A DNA stretch of 64,000 nucleotides from an uncultured Phycisphaerales bacterium (GTDB lineage Bacteria > Planctomycetota > Phycisphaerae > Sedimentisphaerales > Anaerobacaceae): positions 576,001 through 640,000 of the forward strand of contig CAVYYI010000003.1 in NCBI GenBank assembly GCA_963772725.1, written 5' to 3'. The notes below the pieces were generated by a model. It did not search any database. It was not told where the DNA came from and worked only from the letters and a program-made list of their open reading frames with translations. This document shows positions 44,097 through 54,966 of this stretch, in pieces. The position numbers and the translations under genes are program-made. Position 1 is the first letter of the stretch, and each line of letters starts with the position of its first letter.

Positions 44097-44789
44097 TCAT
44101 TTTTCTTTATTGCGAACCGCATTATAAGCCTCAGCCATGCTCTCAGTTGAGGGTTGCAAATATACAGAAGTGGTCTTCAGGCTGCGATGTCCTACTTGCC
44201 TCTGGACAATTGGCAAAGGCACATTTTTATCTACAATGTATCCATAGATATGTGAATGTCTTAAACTATGAACGGTGAACATTTTTAGGTTTCTGCCTAA
44301 GCTATCCTTGCCATAGACCTGATGTAAGCCGGCTTTGGCAACATATTTCTGAAATATCTGCCTGATTCTATTTTCCGTATATTGCCTATTCCAACGTCTT
44401 CCGGGGTGAAATAGGTAGGCCTCCGGCATTCTTACTCTGTCGCCTCGCTTACTCATTAAACCTTTCTGTTTCAACATGCTTTTGATTTCATTGGTCAAAC
44501 CTTTTGGTAGATAACTTATTCTTGTATGTTTTGTCTTGGTATTTTCAGCAGGAAAGAAAACAGTGCTTCTGTTGAAGTTTAAGTGTTTGATCTGAACCCT
44601 TACAAATTCACCTACCCGGCAGCCAAGCTCATAGATGACCTCGAACATCAGTTTATGTTTATAGTTGTCAATACTATCAAAAAGTTGCTGGATCTCGTCG
44701 AGGGTAAAGTGCCTTATAATTTCTCCGAAACGTTCATATTTTTTTGACGTTTTCTTTTTCTGAGTTGTAGATATTGTTTGGCCTTCCAT
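44097..44789 (-). CDS. Tyrosine recombinase/integrase, apparently catalytic domain only
   Basis: LGCRVGE, TKTK, HSLRH, VGH, SVY catalytic residues; likely start ATG 44789. Confidence 0.9.
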   Translation of the reverse strand: MEGQTISTTQKKKTSKKYERFGEIIRHFTLDEIQQLFDSIDNYKHKLMFEVIYELGCRVGEFVRVQIKHLNFNRSTVFFPAENTKTKHTRISYLPKGLTNEIKSMLKQKGLMSKRGDRVRMPEAYLFHPGRRWNRQYTENRIRQIFQKYVAKAGLHQVYGKDSLGRNLKMFTVHSLRHSHIYGYIVDKNVPLPIVQRQVGHRSLKTTSVYLQPSTESMAEAYNAVRNKEK

Positions 44790-45381
44790 CTTTTCCTGAA
44801 ATGTGAAATCAGTTGCCTTAATAAACTTTTTGTTCCCAGCGAAAGATTTAAATACCTGGAAGTCTTTACAACAGAACAAGGTTTATAAAACTCAATCACA
44901 CAAAACCAGATAAATTCCAGTATAAGTTATTTTACCAACTAAACTTCAATGGAAACAACCTGGCATATTTATGCGATTGAATTTACAAAACCTCTGATTT
45001 TGAGGCTTTCCGGCCTTGGAATAAGGTATTTCACCGAAATACCCCAAAACAGAACAAATCTTTCTTAGCTTTAGCCATGCCACTTAACATTAAGCATGAA
45101 CCCTGATTCATAGCATGTTCTTTACTGTATTCTTTCTGCTATCGTCCCACCAGATGCCATGAACCCAGCATCGGCGCAGACGGCAATTTCGCCTGCTGCT
45201 GATTATCTATACCCGGCCTCGAACCAGTCGTTCTATCTACAAAACGCTTTTCAATAGCGTTTTTCAATACGTCGTCTCTCGGCCTGGATATATTCAGCAT
45301 CAGCAAAAAGTTTATAAACTTCACTCTATTAGTACGATCGTACTGATTGGTATTAACCAATCGATAAGGAATAACCGGAAA

Positions 45382-45660
45382 ATGTCAAATAAACCAGAAA
45401 CTGTTTTCAAAGTTGGAGCTGTCAGAGCAGCGGTCTTTAGAAACACAATTGAAAAGGCAGGCAAATCAATTCCACTGCCAAAGGTTGTTATTGAGGTAAG
45501 GTACAAGGATAAAACCGGTCAATGGAACGGAACCAACAGCCTGAGTATAAATGACCTTCCTAAGGCCATATTAGCCCTGCAGAAGGCTTATGAGTACCTT
45601 ATGGGACATAAAGAAGCCGCCCAGCAAAATGAATCTGCAGAAACCGATTTATACAGCTAA
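45382..45660 (+). CDS. Small conserved hypothetical protein, putative ssDNA-binding (PC4/Whirly-like)
   Basis: KPETVFKVGAVRAAVFRN...YKDKTGQW...SLSINDLPKAIL; AAGGA SD; function inferred. Confidence 0.55.
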   Translation: MSNKPETVFKVGAVRAAVFRNTIEKAGKSIPLPKVVIEVRYKDKTGQWNGTNSLSINDLPKAILALQKAYEYLMGHKEAAQQNESAETDLYS

Positions 45661-45790
45661 ACCCGTAAATCTTTCAATATTTGTTTCAGTGGAATTGTAG
45701 TTTGAATTCAATTTTTCTTTTTAACCCCGGATGGAATGATTTTTCTAAAAATATCCCATCCATTTTTTTTAAGGAAGGCAAGGTGTAACC

Positions 45791-46709
45791 ATGCAGGAAA
45801 CAATTTGTGCAAAAGTAAATCCAAGGTTGTTGACTAAGGCAGACAGGCTATTTACAGGCACTGCCGAAGGCAGAGTCATTGAGATTCTGCAGAACGCAAG
45901 AAGAGCGAAAGCGACAGAGGTAAGAATTACAAACAAGGAGGGATATGTAACCGTTGAAGATAACGGCTCTGGTATTGAGGATTTCCAGAAGTTGCTGGAT
46001 TTAGGAGGCAGCGGCTGGGATGAAAAACTCGAGGCAGGCGAAGACCCGGCAGGAGTAGGACTTTTCAGCCTGGCACCCAAAGAAGTAACCATTACATCCA
46101 GAGACAGGCAAATAATTATAGATAAGGATGGTTGGGTAGGTAAACCCGTTCAGGTAACAAGAATCCCGCAGCAAGTGAAGGGAACTATCGTTAAATTCAG
46201 GGATGAAAAGCCATGGGATAAGGAGCTTGTCGAAAACCATGCGGTTTTTGCCGGTATCAGAGTTATCGTGGGCGGCAAGTACTGTCACCAGATGCCGTTT
46301 TGCGGTAATGAGTCTGTGTATTATGAAAAACCAGGCTGCAAAATTGAAGTCACAAAAGAGATATCCAAATATCACAGCCACTGGGTTAACACCTGGCATC
46401 ACGACAAAGTGCTTGTGAATTTTCATGGCCAGGTCGCTGAGCTTGATTACTGGCCCGGTACGAGCAGACCTGGCATTATGATTCTGGTGGATATCACAGA
46501 TAAGACCGATATTCGCTTAATGCTCCCTGCAAGAACGAGGTTAGTGGAAAATCAGGCCTTTAAGCAGCTCAAAACAGCTATCGAAATGGAGTATTACAGA
46601 TACTTCCAGAAGCAGAAGACCCATACCCTTTACTATGAAGAGTACCTTCGTGCAAGAGAACTTGGCATTGAATTGCCGCAGGCAGCACCTCAGTTCGAGG
46701 TCGGCCTTA
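45791..46709 (+). pseudogene. GHKL-family (HATPase_c) ATP-binding protein truncated by IS21
   Basis: EILQNARRA (N box), EDNGSGI (G1), GVGLFS (G2). Confidence 0.8.
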
Positions 46710-49178
46710 TGATCAGCGACAATTATTCTTACCTTCCGGCGACAGTTAAAAGTTCCGGATGAATTAAAGTTGGAATATGCTATCTGAAACTCATTAAGTC
46801 AGGAGATTTCAGATGGTTAAAGACAAACAGGTAAGGAGATTGTTCGCTATGAAAAACAAATGCAAGACCTTATATCAGCTTGCAGACAAGGCTGGTATAA
46901 GCACTAAAACCGCCCGCAAGTATTTAAAAACGGGCGTGCTGCCAGCCAATGCCAAGCTATCCACGACTGGCCCACCCATCCGGATGCCTTTGCAGGGGAT
47001 TGGCCATGGGTTGAAGAATTCCTCAAAAACAACTCCGGTCTTGAATCTAAATCGCTTTTTGAGGCTCTGCAGCGTGAATATCCCGGTAAATACCAGGACA
47101 GCGAATTAAGAACCTTCCAGAGACGAGTAAAACAATGGAAAGCCTTGTCCGGTCCGGCTCAGGAAGTGTTTTTTCCACAAATCTATAAACCCGGCCAATG
47201 GTGCGAATCAGACTTTACCAGGATGAATAAGCTGGGTATCACCATTTGCGGCATACCTTTTATTCACATGCTGTACCATTTTGTATTGTGTTTGTCGAAC
47301 TGGGAAACCGTCACGGTATGTTTTTCAGAAAGCTATGAAAGTTTAAGTGCCGGTATTCAAAATGCCCTCTGGAAGTTAGGCGGCATACCACGCTATCATA
47401 GGACTGATAATTTAACCTGTGCGGTTAACAAGGTAGGCAATCCTGAGGAATTCACGGCTAACTATCAGGGTCTTGCGAATCATTATGGTTTCCAAAGCTG
47501 TAAAATCCAGCCTCACTGTCCGAATGAAAACGGCGATATAGAGCAGCGTCATCACAGGTTAAAGAGAGCTGTTGAACAGGCGTTAATCCTTAGAGGAAGC
47601 AGAGATTTTAACAGCAGGAAAGATTATGAAATGTTTCTTGAAAAGCTGCTCGACCAACTCAATACCGGCCGCACAAAACTCTTGGCCGAAGAGTTAAAGG
47701 TTCTGCGGCAATTGCCAACCCGCAGGCATGAAGATTTCACCAGGGATAAATGCAGGGTAAGTCGTGGCTGCACGGTCCGAGTTCTTAAGAACAGCTATTC
47801 TGTTCACAGCAGGCTTAGGGGAGAAAATGTTGACGTTCGAATATATGCCGAACATATCGAAGTCTGGTATGCTCAAAGAAGAATTGAAGTATTGCCCAGA
47901 TTACACGGTGAAAACGGTCATTACATCAATTACCGCCACGTTATAGATACCCTTGTTCGCAAACCCGGGGCGTTTGAGAACTATTGCTATAAAGATGATA
48001 TGTTTCCCACAAGTCAGTTCAGGATCGCATATGATCTCCTGCGTGATCAACATGGGATGAAGCAGGGTAATAAGCAGTATCTGAAAATTCTTGAATTAGC
48101 TGCCAACGAAAGCCAGACATCTGTCAATGAAGCTTTGCGGTTCCTGATCAACCATGCAGATGCGATTGATTTTGATATGGTAGAACAAATAGTCAAATCC
48201 GAACAACAGCCGCCGGATGTCACTGACGTTTGTGTTGGCGATATTGATCTGAACAGTTATGACTGTCTACTTGAATCGGCGGAGGCACTACTGGTATGAG
48301 TAAAAATGATCTGGATAATCAGCTTGTAAACCTTCTCAAAGAACTTCACCTGCCGATGTTCCGTGAATATTACGCCGAGTTCGCTCAGAAGGCTATCGCC
48401 GAAGATATGGGTTATTCACAATATCTATTGGAATTGGCTCAGCGTGAGTGTGATGTTCGCAGAGCCAATAAAATCGCAAGGCTGGTAAAAGCCTCAAAGC
48501 TTCCTATGGAAAAGACCATGGCAAACTTTGATTTTAAACGTATGCCGTTGAAGATACGTCAGCAGGTCAAAATTCTTTTGGAAGGTTCATTTGTTGACAG
48601 AACAGAGAATATTCTTGCATTTGGCAAACCCGGCAGCGGTAAGACACATTTACTGTGTGGTATCTGTCATGAACTTGCCCGGCAGGGAAAAAAGGTTTAC
48701 TTTACTACGTGTGATATGATGTTGCAGGAGTTATTACGAGCCAAGCAGGAGTTGAAGCTGGACAAATGGCTCAAGAAGCTGTCACAGTACGAGGCATTGA
48801 TGATAGATGACTTCGGCTATGTCAAACAGAACCGCGAGGAGATGGAGGTGCTGTTTACCTTATTAGCTCATTGTTATGAACGTGGCAGCGTGTTGATTAC
48901 CAGCAATCTGCCGTTCAGTAAATGGGAAGTCATCTTTAAGGATCCGATGACCACTGCAGCAGCGATCGACCGGCTGGTACATCATAGTGTGATCCTTGAA
49001 TTGAATGTACCGAGCTACCGAGCTGAGGAAGCTCAGAGACGGAAAAATAAGGACACGTAATGTCCGAAATTTTGCCCCCCATGGGGGCACCTCCTAAAGG
49101 CTATAAGCTAAGGTAAGTGTTATGAAGTAACGGTAAAAATAACTGTCGTTGAAGGGAAATTATAATTGACGCCGGACA
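46710..49178 (+). mobile_element. IS21-family element copy 3 (istA frameshifted by a 1-nt deletion; istB 48296-49060 intact)
   Basis: Same ends; GCTGCCAGCC versus GCTGCCCAGCC in the other copies. Confidence 0.95.
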
Positions 49179-49224
49179 CTTTCGCATAATGCGGTAAGAG
49201 TGTAACCAAAAAATATAAATAGTA

Positions 49225-49614
49225 GTGCCACCAAATTTTACAATGGGCATACCAATAAGAAACAATTCTTATCACAGGAAAACAAAACAGGTAATCATAG
49301 TTGTCATTGTGAGCTTGTTATTTATACTGACTGTAGTCATAATATTAAGGTTCTTGGGAACAGGCATAAGGGAGGACAAAGAGTTAATTGAGAAAAGCAA
49401 CTCCACCGTTTCGTTCGAGGAATCAAGCCAGCTCAATATGGATACAAAGCTTAATATAAAAGCCGATAGAAACCAAACTTATAAATCTGAAGATATTCTG
49501 AATCTAACTGATCCAAAGGTTTGTGTTCAACAGTGGATAGAGGATTTAATGACGATGGAGGATGCACTGTATTGTATTGACAGGTATATGGAGTATCAAA
49601 ACAGCTCCTCATAG
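49225..49614 (+). CDS. Hypothetical protein with N-terminal membrane anchor
   Basis: Single hydrophobic segment; no motif. Confidence 0.45.
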   Translation: MPPNFTMGIPIRNNSYHRKTKQVIIVVIVSLLFILTVVIILRFLGTGIREDKELIEKSNSTVSFEESSQLNMDTKLNIKADRNQTYKSEDILNLTDPKVCVQQWIEDLMTMEDALYCIDRYMEYQNSSS

Positions 49615-49781
49615 AGGGCAAGCTGATCGAGCTTATTCTTTGGGATCGATTCTGCAAGCACATTAAAACCGAAGCACACGCTAAAGTTACACACATAAAA
49701 TATTTTTTAAAATATATTTAAGAATTTCATATATTCGAGTGTAAAAAACCTTAAATACTTCTGCCTCGTTATCATTCCAAA

Positions 49782-49997
49782 ATGACAGCAAAAGAAAAAC
49801 ATACCGGAAAAGAATGCAAATGCCTGAACAATCTCGAAGAGATTTGCGAAAACACCCGTGCTATCCGCCGGGTTGTCAACAGGATATTAGACCATCTGCA
49901 CGAATACAGCTGCAAGGATGATGAAAACAACATCGACTACGACCCCGATAGCATTTCCTGGCACGACCTGGATAACGGGGATGATATGTATATGTAG
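49782..49997 (+). CDS. Small hypothetical protein with acidic C-terminus
   Basis: ORF only. Confidence 0.45.
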   Translation: MTAKEKHTGKECKCLNNLEEICENTRAIRRVVNRILDHLHEYSCKDDENNIDYDPDSISWHDLDNGDDMYM

Positions 49998-50087
49998 TCG
50001 AAACATTCTATTATCCGTATTGCAAGGAAAAATATTTTATTTTTCCTCGAGTTACTGTTTATGTTTATAATTGAAATCAGTGCATAT

Positions 50088-51779
50088 CATCTCCAGTGTT
50101 GATTTGGCAATCTTTCCAAGGAAGTTCCACTCATGTTACTCGTATATCCGGGTTATTCCCAATATTCATCATCCGAGCTTATAAGAGAGAGGGTGCCCAT
50201 GTTTCGCTTCGGGTTTTGCCCAAATTTTTAATACGGGCTCTCATCCCTCACTTGGAAAAATTTGCGATTCAACATTTATCGGTTCAAAAATTACCTCATC
50301 AGTTAATTGTTTTAACTGCTTAACTTCGGTTTTTGAAAAACCATAATGAGCAATTTGAGGCTGGTAGAACGAGTTTGTTGTGCATAGCCACCAGACAGTT
50401 CTAAGATATTTTGAAGCACAAGCACAGAGAGCCTGCAGTGATTTATAGGGATTATTTGCTCGCTGCTGCAAAAAGAAAAAACGTCGCACGAAGTCATTAT
50501 TTTTTCGTGATTTTAATACTGCCATCGTCGCACTGATTGCGGCACGCCTCAGATGGGCTTTACCAGCTTTTGTGATTCTTGTTTTGCCTTGATACTGACC
50601 AGAACTTCGTTCGCCAGGATCCAGACCAGCCATACTCACCAGGGCTCGAGCCTCATCAAAATCTTTCGGGGTACCTACTATTCCAAGCAATACGGCATTT
50701 TCTACGGAGGAACTACCCGGGATAGAGTCGAGATTTGAGGAGTAGGGAATTTTGCGGTAGACAGCAAGAAGTAGGTCCCGAAGTTGCTCCTGCTGTTTAA
50801 TGAACATTTTAACACGTTCTGAGGCGGCCTTTATTCGTTTTACCAGTGCCGGCCGAGCCTCAACATATCCCCAAGGATCGTCAGACCTGACATATGCCCA
50901 AATCGCTTTAGAACGACGTATAAGAAGATTTTTGCGGGTGAATGATGCGCGAACACAGGTGACAAAATCATTAACATCAAGGCTGTATGCAGCATCTATG
51001 TTTGACAAAACTGCCAGAGAAGTGTCTTTGAAGGGATCATGAAATATATCATAATATTTTGGGAATATGGTCCCCAAGAATGCGTGTATGCGATTTTTTT
51101 CTGCGGTGATAAGATCCACCATTTCCTGATATTCAAGGGCATAGGCCCGAAGTGATATCCACTTATCATCTAACGAAAGCTGGCTAAAAGCAAAATGCAA
51201 AGAACTTCCCAGTGTGGCAATGTGTGCCGCATCGATTGTATCATTCTTGCGACCTGACTGACCTTCCAAGTGCCGCTGGTGCCCAACGGCTTTATTTTCC
51301 ACAAGGCGATACTGGTATCCTTTTCGTCTCAGAAGTGATATCACGGGCATCCAGAAATATGAAGCCCCCTCCATAAAAAAGACGATACGCTCACAATTAA
51401 CTTTTGTACGGAGCATTTCCAGTCGCTCTAATAGTGTTTCCATACCCTCAAGAGAATGAGGTACGCTGCCTCTTGTTATGACATTCCTTTGGCCATCAAG
51501 GACATGGAATGCATGTTTCTTTTTGGCAAGGTCAAAACTGCATATCATCGTTGAGCCTGACAAAAATTCTCTTTTCTGCAAAGTCTTCTTGTGTTCACGT
51601 CTCAATCCTTTAGAATACCTCATAGCCTGACCTCCTTGGTAATCTCGTATTTATTTGTGGAACATTCCTAACAAATTTGAGACGCCGGGAGGCCAGGTTT
51701 TTGAGGCCTCTTCGAGGGCGCCTCAACGGTAACTCCAGTCAGCCTACGGCTTCCTTTCGTTACCGTCGTCATACCTATA
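50088..51779 (-). mobile_element. IS110-family element (boundaries approximate)
   Basis: Recombinase flanked by structured non-coding regions of roughly 150 nt; no TSD or terminal IR seen. Confidence 0.8.
50241..51623 (-). CDS. IS110-family recombinase/transposase
   Basis: DEDD RuvC-like residues (FDLAK, MEG, KNDTIDA) and GLDPGERSSG...ITKAG..LR in the C-terminal domain. Confidence 0.92.
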   Translation of the reverse strand: MRYSKGLRREHKKTLQKREFLSGSTMICSFDLAKKKHAFHVLDGQRNVITRGSVPHSLEGMETLLERLEMLRTKVNCERIVFFMEGASYFWMPVISLLRRKGYQYRLVENKAVGHQRHLEGQSGRKNDTIDAAHIATLGSSLHFAFSQLSLDDKWISLRAYALEYQEMVDLITAEKNRIHAFLGTIFPKYYDIFHDPFKDTSLAVLSNIDAAYSLDVNDFVTCVRASFTRKNLLIRRSKAIWAYVRSDDPWGYVEARPALVKRIKAASERVKMFIKQQEQLRDLLLAVYRKIPYSSNLDSIPGSSSVENAVLLGIVGTPKDFDEARALVSMAGLDPGERSSGQYQGKTRITKAGKAHLRRAAISATMAVLKSRKNNDFVRRFFFLQQRANNPYKSLQALCACASKYLRTVWWLCTTNSFYQPQIAHYGFSKTEVKQLKQLTDEVIFEPINVESQIFPSEG

Positions 51780-51859
51780 CCAACTAAATTCCTTTTACGC
51801 CACAATCAAGAAAGTTACAGAATAGTAACATTTTTATAGTCTTGCAGATTTATCTTTTA

Positions 51860-52183
51860 ATGAATAAAGAGCAGCAATTAGTAACACAGTTGTCTCAAAT
51901 TAAAAATATCCTCGATGATGCAAAGGCTATTCTGGAATGGCATAAACTGAAGGTTTTTGAGAGAAACTCAAATCCTTCATTAAATGTATTTTTCCAGGAC
52001 GATACTTTCCGGCAGTTCACAGACAAACAGGCAGCCTTTCAGCTACTTTGGTCGGAAACAAATATGCTCTTGCATGATAAGACAATAAAACTTAGTCAGG
52101 ATAAAAGACTCGAATTCCGAAAAGAGCTTAATAAGTTATTCTCGCAATTTTTTTATCTTGGCAGCGATGTGAGGGTATACTGA
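51860..52183 (+). CDS. Hypothetical protein
   Basis: ORF co-oriented with the downstream cluster. Confidence 0.5.
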   Translation: MNKEQQLVTQLSQIKNILDDAKAILEWHKLKVFERNSNPSLNVFFQDDTFRQFTDKQAAFQLLWSETNMLLHDKTIKLSQDKRLEFRKELNKLFSQFFYLGSDVRVY

Positions 52184-52194
52184 TATTTATAAAA

Positions 52195-52803
52195 ATGGGA
52201 CTATTTGATTTTTTGATCAGGAGAAAGCTGAGAAAAGTTAAAACAAGAAGGTCAAAAGGCTGTAACGTTACCGGAAGGCAGCAAATGGTCAGCATCAAAG
52301 GTCAGATTGACTTAATAAATAATGTTTTGAAGGAACATCGTAAAGATATTGATGAAAATTCAGTTCTCTTAAAAGAACACAGCCAAAAACTCACAAATCT
52401 CGAAAACATCCTGACTAATCAGCCGATGGGTCTGTCGTCAAAACAGACCAGTCCGACACAGCGACCAGACTGGACGGTTAAACCAGTCCAATCAAATATA
52501 ATTAACAGTTGTAAATTCGATATTGATAAGTTCAGCAATCAGGAAAAAAGGATTCTCTCGGTATTTTTTGAGCATCAGGATATGGCGCTTTCCTACAAAG
52601 ATATTGGAAGCTTATTAAACAAAGCGCCCAATACTATAAAAAACCAGATGCACCAGATACTCATAAAGGCTGACTTATTTGAAAGAGCTACAGATAACAA
52701 TATGAGAAACAGATTCAGGCTCAAGGATGGCATAAAAATAGAAAAATATCTCAATATAGACCGACCATCCGACCAGTTGGCCGACATCGGGCGTTTAGCT
52801 TAG
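52195..52803 (+). CDS. Coiled-coil plus C-terminal winged-HTH protein
   Basis: Heptad region followed by FSNQEKRILSVF...LSYKDIGSLLNKAPNTIKNQMHQI. Confidence 0.7.
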   Translation: MGLFDFLIRRKLRKVKTRRSKGCNVTGRQQMVSIKGQIDLINNVLKEHRKDIDENSVLLKEHSQKLTNLENILTNQPMGLSSKQTSPTQRPDWTVKPVQSNIINSCKFDIDKFSNQEKRILSVFFEHQDMALSYKDIGSLLNKAPNTIKNQMHQILIKADLFERATDNNMRNRFRLKDGIKIEKYLNIDRPSDQLADIGRLA

Positions 52804-53232
52804 ACGTTCTATCGACCAGTTATGCCCAAATAATCGAATAAACGCCTGACCGTGAGATAAAGGAATCACCTCCTGATGCTTTGTACTAACGTTATTGGGT
52901 AATCCAGATTCACACAAAGTATAAGCAGTACAGTGAACAGTAATTTTTCATGAGTTTCTAACCTATGGTTACACACTACTCAGAGGTATACATGAAAGCG
53001 AAATGGTGTATTTTGATATCCCGCGGAAACTGCATACCACTATGCCTTTAAAATCGGTAAACCGAAAATTCAGGGCGGTCGATATTTCAATCTGTTTCAC
53101 AGTTTTGAGATGTCGATTTCACCGGCTTTTGGCACTTTATACGTCCGGGACGGTTTATGCGTGAAGCCGCAAACAGCCGTTAAATTTATAAACCACCAAC
53201 GCTTTATATGCCCGGTATGGTTTATACGTAAA

Positions 53233-54321
53233 ATGGATATCGAAAAATATCTCGAGGATAAGCAATCAGACCTTGAAAAAGCCAAGGCCAGAATTACCAA
53301 CTCAGAAGTCTTTGATTTTAATTATATTCCCGACAAACCTCTTATGCGTGATGAGATCAAACCTGTGATTGATGCCCTGCTTCGTTATAGACAGACAGGA
53401 ATTGCAAATAATGTTTTAATCCTGGGTTCCAGAGGTTCAGGTAAAAGCCTGGCAGCCAAATACCTGATGAAGTTGGTATCTTCACAGAACCAGTTGAAAT
53501 TTGTTTATGTTAATTGTCGATACCACAATACCAGTTTTAAGATTCTCGCCCATTTGCTCGGCCTGAGGGCCAGAGGCAGAACTCTTGACGAATTATGGTA
53601 CCTATTTACCGATGCCAATCCTGGTAAAACTGTTTTTATCTTAGATGAGATAGACCTTATAAACGATAAAAACGGCCGGACAGACATCCTGTATCTTATA
53701 AGTCGGTCGGATAGGAATTACCAGGCCATATTATTGAGCAACAATCCAAAATTTACCAATACCTTAGATGAATCCATTATGAGCACTTTACAGCCGGAGA
53801 TAATTCATTTTTCAAGCTACAATGCTCTTGAGATCAGCCAAATTCTAACAGACCGAGCCAAAGCAGGTTTGAAATTTATGCCAGCCCAGGAAATAAGCCA
53901 GATTGCCGCTATGACGGTCAAAAATACCAATTCAGATGTAAGGATAGCTATAAAAGCACTGCTTCTCTGGGCTATGGAGCCTAATGTGTCGCTGCAGGAG
54001 CATTTTGAAAAGGCAAGGCGTGATATTATATTTGAGGTGGTAAGGGACCTAAATGACAAAAACCTTCTTATCCTAAAAGCAGCGTTTTTGCAGAAGGATG
54101 CCTATGTAAAAGACATCTACGAATCATACCGAAAGATCAGCCTGCAATTCAACGAAGAGCCTTTTAGTTACATGCATTTTTATTCGAATTTGTCTTACCT
54201 GCAAAGCCTGGGTCTAATCATTTTGGTTTCGACGAAAATTCACAGGACCTATACAAACAGGATTCAATTGACGTTTGATCCGGCGGTCCTTAATTCGATA
54301 TGTCAAAATCGGTTTGAATGA
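53233..54321 (+). CDS. Cdc6/Orc1-type AAA+ replication initiator (archaeal-type)
   Basis: VFDFNYIPDKPLMRDE N-motif, GSRGSGKS, YVNC, ILDEID, SN sensor-1, DVRIAI sensor-2, C-terminal WH (YESY...SYMHFYSNLSYLQSLGLI). Confidence 0.85.
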   Translation: MDIEKYLEDKQSDLEKAKARITNSEVFDFNYIPDKPLMRDEIKPVIDALLRYRQTGIANNVLILGSRGSGKSLAAKYLMKLVSSQNQLKFVYVNCRYHNTSFKILAHLLGLRARGRTLDELWYLFTDANPGKTVFILDEIDLINDKNGRTDILYLISRSDRNYQAILLSNNPKFTNTLDESIMSTLQPEIIHFSSYNALEISQILTDRAKAGLKFMPAQEISQIAAMTVKNTNSDVRIAIKALLLWAMEPNVSLQEHFEKARRDIIFEVVRDLNDKNLLILKAAFLQKDAYVKDIYESYRKISLQFNEEPFSYMHFYSNLSYLQSLGLIILVSTKIHRTYTNRIQLTFDPAVLNSICQNRFE

Positions 54322-54405
54322 ACCTTTCTTCATCCTAATCCGTAAAACAATAAAATTTATAAACCTCAAGTTCTTAGTATTACCACTATAAAGTTACAAA
54401 ACAAA

Positions 54406-54966
54406 ATGATGCCAAATAAAACCTATGATTTAAGGAATCTGTATTTTCAACAGAGTCGGTACTCTGCCGAGCAAGTGGAATCTGATAAACCATTATTTCT
54501 TCAATGGCCTCCAAACGGTTATTTTGAAAGATTACAACCGGATGCAGATTTGTTGCAAAGGGCTCTTAATCCTGAAACTGATTATAAAGACGCTACTGTT
54601 TCTGAACAAATATTCGGAAATGAAACAAAACAGCAGTACATCGGCCTTAAACACACGGCAAATCTGTTTTATGAGCGTTGTAAACTCCATAAGCAGCATA
54701 TTGAGGATATTGACCACAGGCACCTTGATATCCAGGAGAAGAAATTCGGTGCTGAAATAAATCACACTCCTGAAAACTCCAAACGTCTGACCAGCCTGGA
54801 AGGCCAGTTGTTACAGCTGGAGCAATCAAGAAGAGATGAAGAACTTGCATTCTGGAAGGATACAGTAGAACTAAGAGAAAAACTATTCGAGAATTCCGTT
54901 GGTTACAGGGCAGCTAAACACAGGGAAAGTATCTTTTCTGATGTGGAGGCTGACTATGAAAGATAG
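54406..54966 (+). CDS. Hypothetical coiled-coil protein
   Basis: Charged helical C-half; overlaps the start of the ATPase. Confidence 0.6.
   Translation: MMPNKTYDLRNLYFQQSRYSAEQVESDKPLFLQWPPNGYFERLQPDADLLQRALNPETDYKDATVSEQIFGNETKQQYIGLKHTANLFYERCKLHKQHIEDIDHRHLDIQEKKFGAEINHTPENSKRLTSLEGQLLQLEQSRRDEELAFWKDTVELREKLFENSVGYRAAKHRESIFSDVEADYER

Noticed and set aside
44097..44789. Integron integrase or chromosomal XerC/XerD
   Set aside because: No attC-like cassette array seen, and the N-terminal core-binding domain of XerC/D appears absent.
44871..45060. ACAGAACAA repeated twice and palindrome GGTATTTCACCGAAATACC upstream of the integrase
   Set aside because: Could be regulatory or recombination sites but too short and few to support a call.
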